Shown here one piece after another: positions 1-10,270 of a stretch of 64,000 nucleotides of DNA. The DNA comes from an uncultured Clostridia bacterium (lineage in GTDB: Bacteria > Bacillota > Clostridia > Christensenellales > CAMQZB01): assembly GCA_947039455.1 (NCBI GenBank), contig CAMQZB010000002.1, positions 97,393-161,392 on the forward strand, read 5' to 3'. The position numbers were made by a program, and so were the translations under genes. Within the stretch, counting starts at the first letter, position 1. Each line of letters opens with the position of its first letter. Under the pieces are notes generated by a model. It made no database searches. It saw nothing but the letters and a program-made list of their open reading frames with translations, and was not told the origin of the DNA.

Positions 1-2
1 TG

Positions 3-212
3 TTGTTGCAATACACAACACTAAATGCAGTAGCTATAAGCGAAATGATAAGAAACTGCGGCTATAAAGAACTAACCAATTATATAAATCTAGCAAAGAT
101 AAACGCTAAAGAACAAAAGGCAAACGGCGATGTGAACATATTGAAAAAAGAGCTAACAATATTAGCTAATCACATGCAAAGAATAGAAAAGGAGGGTGCA
201 AATGAGCAGTAA
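3..212 (+). CDS. Hypothetical protein, 5'-truncated by the window edge
   Basis: The open frame enters from the window start and overlaps the next gene start by 17 nt (operon-like). No recognisable motif. Confidence 0.4.
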   Translation: MLQYTTLNAVAISEMIRNCGYKELTNYINLAKINAKEQKANGDVNILKKELTILANHMQRIEKEGANEQ

Positions 213-3200
213 TGTAAAAGAGAAAATAAGAGAAATATATACAACACTTGAAGAAGTAAATCGTAATATTTCAACTGACAAGGAGCGGTTTAAAGAGTTT
301 CTAATATCATCAAGCAAAAACTACAAATGCACCTATCAACAACAATTATTGATATACAACCAGTGTCCCGAATCAACAGCCGTCCATACATTTGATGGTT
401 GGAAGAATCATTTTAAGCGTTACGTAAAAAAAGGCGCAAAAGGAATTGCCGTCCCAAACATAGAGCGAGCATACGGAAAAAACGAGTACGCCTATTTATT
501 TGATATATCCGCAACTGATCCAAGACAAAATTCAATAAACGTACCAATATGGCAAAGAGAAGACAGTGACAACACAGCAATAATCCAAACCCTTGGAAAC
601 AAATACGGAATCGATGTAGACTCAGAAGAATTCAGTGATTATACCCTTGATGAAGTAATTGAATTCGCAGTAGATATTTCTTGCCAATACAATTTTGCGG
701 ATTATATCCTAGAAAACCAACAGCAAACGGAAACGGACACAAATAACCATGCTGAAGCAACTATCTACAAAGGCGTATTAGCGACAATTTACGGAAGATT
801 GGGACTAAGCACAAACCAAATAGAGTTTGACGAATTAGAAAACTTAACTGAATCTGAATACTTCAACGTAATGGGTGCAATAAACGAAATTTCAAAAGAA
901 CTCTTACTCAATATCAGCCAAACAATCCAAACAAATCAATCAATAGCTCCGCAAACAGCGGAAGTAGAAATAACGCCAATCGAACATGATGACGAAGTGT
1001 ATTTTGAACCATTAACCAATGACAACATAAAAGCATTGAATGAGCAAATCACTTTTGAAATGCCAGTTAAAATCAAAACCGTGGAAGTGGTTGAACCTAT
1101 AAAGAAAACCGAAGTAATAAACCCAGTAATCCCACAAGTAGATTTTTACGATAAACAGCTAAAAGACGATATCGACACAAGCCAATATTTAGGACGAATT
1201 CTTGAACTAAACGGAAGAAAGTTCATAGTAGAGAAAATGGATAAAACCAATTCGTCACTTCGAGATATCACTTTCCAAGCTAACGTAGGAATACCAATCT
1301 GGAGGGGCGAACCTAGTCACTATATTGTAGATTGCATTAACGAAATTGACCGCAAAAAAAATGATAAGAAATCAAAGGGCGAGAATTTCCGTATTGAAGA
1401 TAATGCCATTGGCGTTGGAACTCCACGTGAGCGATACAAAAACAATATTGATGCAATAAAAGTATTAAAAGCATGCCAAGAAGAAAACAGCATAGCGACA
1501 AAAGTTGATCAAGAAGTATTGTCTAAATACGTTGGTTGGGGCGGATTAGCGGAAGCCTTTGACGAAACAAAATGGGGTAAAGAGTATCTTGAACTGAAAA
1601 CCTTGCTAACGGAAGACGAATACACCGCAGCAAGAGAAAGCACCTTAACCGCATTTTACACTCAACCAGTAGTAGTTAATGCAATGTATGAAGCAATCTC
1701 AAATATGGGTTTTACAAAAGGTAACATACTAGAACCGTCTTGTGGAATAGGAAATTTCATAGGACGAAAACCAACCAATCTAAATGACAGCAAAGTGTAC
1801 GGAGTGGAACTTGACAGCATTTCAGGAAGAATTTCAAAACTGTTATATCCACAAGAAAACATACAAGTCAAAGGTTTTGAACAAACGAAATTTTCAGACA
1901 ATTTCTTTGATGTAGCAATCGGAAATGTACCATTTGGAGACTTCAAAGTTCCCGATTCAAAGTATAACAAACACAACTTTCAAATTCACGATTACTTCTT
2001 TGCAAAATCACTTGATAAAGTAAGAAGTGGCGGTGTGATTGCCTTCATAACTTCACAAGGCACAATGGATAAAATGACAGCTCGTTTCAGGAAATACCTA
2101 TGCGAGAAAGCTGAATTACTTGGAGCGATAAGACTTCCTGACGATACCTTTTCAAAAAGTGCAGGAACTAAAGTAACATCAGACATTATATTTCTACAAA
2201 AAAGAGATAGACAAAACCTAGTAGAAGAAAGTTGGGTAAATACCAGTAAGTACAAAGACGAATTGCAAATGAATAACTATTTCATTGAAAACCCTGAAAT
2301 GATTTTAGGTGAAATGAAAGTAGAAAGCGGACCATTCGGACCGCAACTAAATTGTAAAGCTATAGATGGTGCAACCCTAGAAGAGCAGCTACATCAAGCA
2401 ATCAAAAACATTCATGGAAAGATTGAATTTGTTGAGCAAGAAACCGACATTGAAGATATAGACACAAGAGAAACATTGCCTGCTGACGATGCAGTAAAGA
2501 ACTTCTCATTCACAACAGTAGACGATAAAATCTTCTACAGAGAAAACAGCGTAATGGTGGAACATAAAGCACCGTTAACAACTCAAAACCGTATAAAAGG
2601 AATGATTGATCTTAGAAACATGACAAGACAATTAATCGAATACCAGTTAAATGATTATAGTGACGACCTAATCAAAGAATCTCAAAAACAGCTTGATAAA
2701 AGTTACAACACATTTACAAAAAAATACGGTTACATAAATTTAAGTGCAAATTCCAACGCGTTCAATGACGATAGCAGTTATTGTTTGTTGTGTTCACTTG
2801 AAACCCCTGATAGAGAAGAAAAAGACAAATATAATAAAGCAACTATATTCACAAAACGAACAATCAAGCCAAAAGAAGTAGTAACAAAAGTCGACACGCC
2901 AATCGAAGCATTAGTGCTGTCAGTAGCTGAAAAAACCAAAGTAGACCTAGAGTATATGTCTCAGTTAACTGATAAAACTAGCGAAGAATTAATAACCGAA
3001 CTTAGAGGCGTAATATTCAAAGAACCACGTTATGACGACAATGAAATCTATCTAACTTCAGAAGAGTATTTAAGTGGAAACGTAAGAGAAAAACTCTCAC
3101 AAGCACAGTTCTTTGCTAAAGACAATAAGCAATTTGATATCAACGTACAAGCACTAGAAAACGTAATACCAAAGGACTTAACTGCAAGTGAAATTTCAAT

Positions 3201-4578
3201 CCGCGTAGGCGCAACATGGGTTCCAGTGAAGAACTATCAAGAGTTCATGGAAGAAACATTCAAGCCAAATAGCTATGCTAAAGATGTAATAAAAGTACAG
3301 TACAGCAAAAACACATCACAATGGAATATAACTAGAAAAACAGCAGATTTAGACAACATAACAGCCACGAGCAAATACGGAACCAAGCGAAGCAACGGTT
3401 ATAAATTATTTGAAGAAAGTCTGAATTTACGTGAAGCAAGAGTGTATATGACTAAGTACGATCATGACGGCAAAGAGGTACGAGTTGTAGATAAAGAAGA
3501 AACTTCCATAGCGGTAAGCAAACAAGCATTAATTGCTGAAACTTTCAAAGATTGGGTGTGGAAAGACCCCACAAGGCGTGAACAGTTGGTTCGACTCTAC
3601 AATGATAATTACAACAACATAAGACCGCGTGAGTACCACGGTGGCGATTTAGCCTTTGTAGGTATGAACAATGAAATAACTTTAAAACCACATCAAAAAG
3701 ACGCAGTAGCTCACATTTTATATGGTGGAAATACTTTGCTAGCTCACGTTGTCGGAAGTGGTAAAACTTTCGAAATGGTTGCTGCAGCACAAGAATCAAA
3801 ACGGTTAGGATTATGCAACAAATCATTGTTTGTAGTGCCAAATCATTTGACGGAACAGTGGGCAGGTGAATACATGCAACTGTATCCATCAGCAAATATA
3901 TTAGTTGCAACAAAGAAAGATTTTGAAACAAAAAACAGAAAGAAATTCGTAAGCAGAATAGCCACAGGCGATTACGATGCAGTGATTATTGGGCATACGC
4001 AATTTGAAAAAATACCTATGTCAATCGAAAGACAAGAAATAGAATTAAATCGCCAAAAGAATGAAGTCCTAACTGGTATTGCTGAATTGAAAAGTAATAA
4101 CGGCGAAAGATTTTCAATCAAAGCAATGGAACGAACAAGAAAAGGAATTGAAGCAAAACTAAAGAAACTGAATGATGCAAGCCGAAAGGACGATGTGATT
4201 ACCTTTGAAGAATTAGGAGTAGATAGACTTTTTGTAGACGAAGCACATTACTATAAAAACTGTGCGATATTCACAAAAATGCGAAACGTTGGCGGAATAG
4301 CACAAACGGAAGCCCAAAAGTCTAGCGACCTATTTATGAAGTGTCGATACCTTGACGAAGTCACTGGAGGTCGCGGAATTATTTTCGCAACAGGAACTCC
4401 AATTTCCAACTCAATGGTAGAAATGTACACAATGCAAAGATACTTGCAATACGGAAAACTACAAGAAAAAGGATTAAACCACTTCGACAACTGGGCAAGT
4501 ACATTTGGAGAAACTCAAACCACAATAGAACTAGCGCCGGAAGGTGTAGAGTATGAAGGAGGATTGTTACTTTTATGA
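196..4578 (+). pseudogene. 5' part (codons 1-1449) of an interrupted ~2085-codon polyvalent protein: ArdC-N-like domain, N6-adenine DNA methyltransferase and SNF2/DEAD helicase N-lobe. After ...LAPEG it reads 11 foreign codons and stops at TGA.
   Basis: Motifs seen: YQQQLLIYNQ..WKNHFKRYVKKGAKGI (ArdC-N-like); EPSCGIGNF and GNVPFGD (MTase motifs I and IV); LLAHVVGSGKTF and LFVDEAHYYKN (helicase motifs I and II). The helicase C-lobe is absent here and is found at 18045-19961. Confidence 0.85.
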
Positions 4579-4778
4579 GTGATAATAACAACAATAATAA
4601 TGAAATGATAGCACAAAACGCGAGTGTGAACAAGGCAAAGACCTACAAAATAGGTAATACTTGGTATACAGTAACGGTGCATTTTAGCAAGACGAGCAAA
4701 GAGGTTTTAGAAGATAAAATCAAAAGGCTTATCAAAAATGATGATGAACTCATTGATAATGACCCTCAAAATAAATAG
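4575..4778 (+). CDS. TnpW-like small transposon protein
   Basis: The 67-aa sequence contains YTVTVHFSKTSKEVLEDKIKRLIKND, which matches the TnpW-family signature as I recall it (V.VHFS.TSKE...DKI.RLI.N). RBS AAGGAGG at 4556-4562. It lies directly upstream of the serine recombinase. Confidence 0.6.
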   Translation: MSDNNNNNNEMIAQNASVNKAKTYKIGNTWYTVTVHFSKTSKEVLEDKIKRLIKNDDELIDNDPQNK

Positions 4779-6743
<1,965 letters not shown>

Positions 6744-6753
6744 AGGAGGGAGT

Positions 6754-7434
6754 TTGGAAAACAAAGAATTTGAAATGTTTGTAATAATGCCAAAGCGTGT
6801 GCTTTATGACGAGAAAATTTCGCCGAGTGCTAAACTTCTTTATGCGGAAATTGAGTGTCTGACACACAATGTTGGATATGCGTATGCTAGTAATGATTAT
6901 TTTGCAAAGCTATTTCATTCAACGGAGCGTAGCATAATTAGATGGATAGCGGAACTGGAATCAAGAGAATACATAACTATAAAGTACAAACATGAGGTAA
7001 ATAGAAACAGTAGAAAAATATTCGCTAATATAGAGATTTCCGAAAGTGAAAATCAAAATAAAAGCGACTTTGGGGTGACAAAAATGTCACACGCGTATGA
7101 CGAAAATGTCACTCGGTCGTGTGACAAAAATGTCATACATAATAATATTAGTAATAATAATATAAATAAATATACTAAAGTAAGTAAGAAAGGAAATAAG
7201 AACGCGCGTGCGAGAGTTCTTGGGTACCAAGAAATTATGGAAGAATTTCAAGTATCTGAATTAGTGCAAACTGTTCTTTGGAGTTATATCCAATCTTGTC
7301 AGCTAAATGGATTTAAACATACTAATGAAGCATTCATGCAATTGCTTATCGATTTAGAAAATAAGTACAAATCTGATGATGATAAAATGCAAGCAATCTT
7401 AAATGCGGTTAAGTATGGTAAAAGAGTTATATAG
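6754..7434 (+). CDS. Helix-turn-helix (DnaD/replication-organiser-like) protein; start uncertain (TTG 6754 or ATG 6775)
   Basis: The segment ISPSAKLLYAEIECL...YASNDYFAKLFHSTERSIIRWIAELESREYITI resembles the winged-HTH N-terminus of DnaD-like and phage replication proteins. Confidence 0.45.
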   Translation: MENKEFEMFVIMPKRVLYDEKISPSAKLLYAEIECLTHNVGYAYASNDYFAKLFHSTERSIIRWIAELESREYITIKYKHEVNRNSRKIFANIEISESENQNKSDFGVTKMSHAYDENVTRSCDKNVIHNNISNNNINKYTKVSKKGNKNARARVLGYQEIMEEFQVSELVQTVLWSYIQSCQLNGFKHTNEAFMQLLIDLENKYKSDDDKMQAILNAVKYGKRVI

Positions 7435-7656
7435 AATAAATCACATTTCCTAATTCGGCTAAAATTAGCCTTGTAATCGAAGTGAAAGAAAATATTCATT
7501 AGATTACGAGAACAAGAAACGCCGACGAAATCGACCACGTTTTAAGGCTGATATGATATGTTTGTTTGAATTGTACAAGCTGTTACTAATAGTGATAACA
7601 AATGAAAATATAAAGCGTATTCCTTGTGTATTAAAATATCTATAATAGGAAGTTTT

Positions 7657-7713
7657 GTTACTTTTGACAAAAGTAACGCAAAAGCACTTTTGACACTTAC
7701 GTATCAAAAATGC
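7657..7713 (+). promoter_or_regulatory. Candidate oriT (RSA-like) for the MobV relaxase
   Basis: Two adjacent inverted repeats lie 50-110 bp upstream of the mob gene. One is GTTACTTTTG-A-CAAAAGTAAC (7657-7677, perfect 10-bp arms). The other is GCACTTTTGA-N10-TCAAAAATGC (7684-7713, 1 mismatch). Confidence 0.35.
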
Positions 7714-7765
7714 ACGCGCTTTGTCCTAAAGTACAAAGGGCAAAACGGACTAACGAAAAAGTGAG

Positions 7766-8959
7766 GTGATTAATATTAAAAGAACAATATCGATTATGGT
7801 GGGCAAAGGCTCACAGCAACATAATGCCAGAGCATTCAACGCCAAGAACGTTGACAGTGAAAGAACAAGCGAGAACGTTTGTTATTGCAATGAAAATTTA
7901 AAGGAAGTATATCATGAACTTTTCGAAGATGCTGTTGTTAGGTTCAATGAGAAACAAACTCGCAACGATAGGAAGATCGATAACTATTATGAAAAAATTC
8001 GAACAAGTAAACAAGAGAAACTATTTCATGAAGTAGTAGTGCAAATTGGAAACAAAGATGATATGGGTTCTAGAACATGGAACGGAAGTATAGCTGAAAT
8101 TGTCTTGAATGATTATATGAAAGAATTCGAAGAACGCAATTCGCAAATGAAAGTGTTTTCATCGCATTTGCATATGGACGAAGCTACGCCACATTTACAT
8201 ATTGATTTCGTTCCATACGTTTCAAATAGCTCAAGAGGAATGGACACGAGAGTTTCGCTAAAACAAGCTTTAGCAACTCAAGGTTTTAAAGGTGGAAGTC
8301 GAAATGAAAATGAATGGTCACAATGGGTATCTAGTGAGAAAAAACATCTTGAAAATCATATGAGGGAACATAACATTGAGTGGGAGCAAAAAGGCACTCA
8401 TGAAAAGCACTTAAATGTACTAGATTTTAAAAAACAAAAACGACTACTCGAACTTAACAGTCTTGATGAAGACATTGGCAAAAGAGTATTGGTGATTGAA
8501 GATTTAGTAGGTAAAGAAACAAGAGCAGAAAATAGAGTGAAGAATTATAAAGTAGTGGAAGAGTACATAAATAAATTACCAGACATTACAACTTCAGAAT
8601 GGCTACTGCCTGATCCTACGTTTGCAATGTCTGCAACAACTTATCATAAAAAGCATGCTAAACCACTTTTCAAAAAGTTAAAGAATTACATAGCTGATGT
8701 GATAGCAACGTTCTTAGGATTATCAAATCAATACAACAAACTTAAACGCGAAATGTATCAAGTAAATAAGTTGTTGAATCTAACGAAAAAAAAGTACAAT
8801 GAAAAAGAAGTTGAACTTAAAAAACATAAACAAAAAAGTGCGATTTACAATCGCGTAGAGAAGATATTAGGTAAAGAGAAAATACTAGACTTAATTCAAA
8901 AAGACAACTTAAAACAAACGCAACAAAAATCCAATGATAAAGGTGGCTTTTCACTATAA
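7766..8959 (+). CDS. MobV-family (Mob/Pre) relaxase; start uncertain (GTG 7766 or ATG 7796)
   Basis: HLHMDEATPHLHIDFVPY matches the H.DE..PH.H signature of Mob_Pre plasmid recombination/mobilisation enzymes. The C-terminus is coiled-coil and Lys-rich. Confidence 0.85.
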   Translation: MINIKRTISIMVGKGSQQHNARAFNAKNVDSERTSENVCYCNENLKEVYHELFEDAVVRFNEKQTRNDRKIDNYYEKIRTSKQEKLFHEVVVQIGNKDDMGSRTWNGSIAEIVLNDYMKEFEERNSQMKVFSSHLHMDEATPHLHIDFVPYVSNSSRGMDTRVSLKQALATQGFKGGSRNENEWSQWVSSEKKHLENHMREHNIEWEQKGTHEKHLNVLDFKKQKRLLELNSLDEDIGKRVLVIEDLVGKETRAENRVKNYKVVEEYINKLPDITTSEWLLPDPTFAMSATTYHKKHAKPLFKKLKNYIADVIATFLGLSNQYNKLKREMYQVNKLLNLTKKKYNEKEVELKKHKQKSAIYNRVEKILGKEKILDLIQKDNLKQTQQKSNDKGGFSL

Positions 8960-9014
8960 AAAAAGACACAAGAGCTGTTACGCTTCTTGTGCCTTTATAT
9001 TTAAAGTTGTTATG

Positions 9015-9260
9015 TTAATCAAGGTTTAAGTTGTCCGCTGAGAACTCATCACCGCTGATAAATTCGCTAGGGGATATTCTTAAACCATAGGATAATAGAA
9101 TCACGGTTTTCAAAGACATTCCTTTAGTGCGTTTTTGCATTATGCTTTTAACAGTTGAATAGGGTAATCCGCTTAATTCGGCTAACTTGTATTGCGTTAA
9201 ATTTTGCTTTCCCATGTATTCAGATAATTTTTCTCTAACTAAGTCATTAATAGTTTTCAT
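9015..9260 (-). CDS. XRE-family helix-turn-helix regulator
   Basis: 81 aa with LTQYKLAELSGLPYSTVKSIMQ, a typical Cro/CI HTH. Divergent from the 9346-9374 promoter. Confidence 0.8.
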   Translation of the reverse strand: MKTINDLVREKLSEYMGKQNLTQYKLAELSGLPYSTVKSIMQKRTKGMSLKTVILLSYGLRISPSEFISGDEFSADNLNLD

Positions 9261-9345
9261 TTGCGTTCCTCCAAGTAGGACTATATGTAATCTTAGTTTA
9301 TCCCAAAACTAAATAAAATATAGGACTATTAATTATCCTATTTAC

Positions 9346-9374
9346 TTGACCGCTATATGAAATTACTATATAAT
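9346..9374 (+). promoter_or_regulatory. Sigma-70-type promoter TTGACC-17 nt-TATAAT, with an ATAGGA-N10-TCCTAT inverted repeat just upstream (9320-9341)
   Basis: Hexamers and spacer read directly from the sequence. It lies in the divergent XRE / DUF1273 intergenic region. Confidence 0.5.
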
Positions 9375-9441
9375 TAGGATTAGGTGTAGTCTTAAAAGGA
9401 TTGTATTATTATACTACAACTTGAATTTTGGAGGAAGAAGA

Positions 9442-9960
9442 ATGTTTGATAAACAAGTAGAGAGTGTAAGCACTATAGGCGAAACGTGTTGTTTTACTGG
9501 TAATAGACCGCAAAAACTTGCATGGGGATACGATGAAAGCGATGTAAGGTGTGTGGAACTAAAGTTAAGAATAACCGCTGAGATTGAAAAAGCAATTGAT
9601 AAAGGGTATAACCACTTTATCTCTGGAATGGCACAAGGCTTCGATACCTACTGTGCCGAAATCGTTTTAGAGTTAATGAAAACTAACAAGAATATAACGC
9701 TAGAAGTAGCAATACCATGCGAAGGGCAATCTTCTAAATGGTACGAAGAAGATAAGGCGCGTTATTTTTTAATTATATCAAAAGCCACAAAAGAAACAAT
9801 GGTAACTAACCAATATACTAAATACAGCATGCAACTACGCAACAAATACATGGTTGCCAATTCGTCACTAGTAATAGCCTACAACACCTCCCCAATTGGT
9901 GGTACAGCATCCACAATAACCTACGCCCAAAAATTAAATAGAATTGTAGTGGTGTTGTGA
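9442..9960 (+). CDS. DUF1273 / SLOG-family (YoqJ-like) protein
   Basis: CCFTGNRPQKL...ISGMAQGFDTYCAEIVLEL matches the DUF1273 pattern as I recall it. RBS GGAGGAAG sits before the ATG at 9442. Confidence 0.55.
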   Translation: MFDKQVESVSTIGETCCFTGNRPQKLAWGYDESDVRCVELKLRITAEIEKAIDKGYNHFISGMAQGFDTYCAEIVLELMKTNKNITLEVAIPCEGQSSKWYEEDKARYFLIISKATKETMVTNQYTKYSMQLRNKYMVANSSLVIAYNTSPIGGTASTITYAQKLNRIVVVL

Positions 9961-10110
9961 TTAAATAAACTAAGACTTTATATTTCTACCGTAATATAAT
10001 AAAGGTACAAGAATTAAAAAATTCTTGCACCTTTCGTTCTACGAACGTTAGTTATAATATAATTTGCACTTGTATCGAAAACAAAATTGTGATATAATAA
10101 GTGCAAGAAT

Positions 10111-10229
10111 AAAAAAAAACTTTGCATTGCAAAGTTAAATTTTTCACCACACTGGTGAACCGACAAGTCGGCGATTTGAATGAATTCTTATTTGAACTCG
10201 TTGTGTAATCCTAAATGGTAGTCTAGGAC
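10111..10229 (-). ncRNA. tracrRNA: tracrRNA (~120 nt; 5' end estimated from the promoter)
   Basis: The minus strand reads GACTACCATTTAGGATTACACAAC, a perfect 24-nt complement of repeat positions 9-32. This is followed by GAGTTCAAATAAG (bulge plus lower stem, as in SpCas9 tracrRNA). Then come hairpins GCCGA-CTTG-TCGGT and CACCA-GTG-TGGTG, and the terminator ACTTTGC-AAT-GCAAAGT followed by T9. Confidence 0.85.
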
Positions 10230-10235
10230 ACAACT

Positions 10236-10264
10236 ATTATAACACACTTTTATTAAGGAGTCAA
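10236..10264 (-). promoter_or_regulatory. tracrRNA promoter TTGACT-17 nt-TATAAT (minus strand)
   Basis: -35 box at 10264-10259 and -10 box at 10241-10236. The -35 box overlaps the cas9 RBS (AAGGAG, 10255-10260). Confidence 0.6.
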
Positions 10265-10270
10265 TAGAAA

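Noticed and set aside
10188-10240. Repeat-like sequence upstream of cas9 (TTGTGTAATCCTAAATGGTAGTC), considered as an orphan repeat or second mini-array
   Set aside because: It is a single copy with no spacer periodicity. Read on the minus strand it is the tracrRNA anti-repeat, followed by the nexus, hairpins and a terminator.
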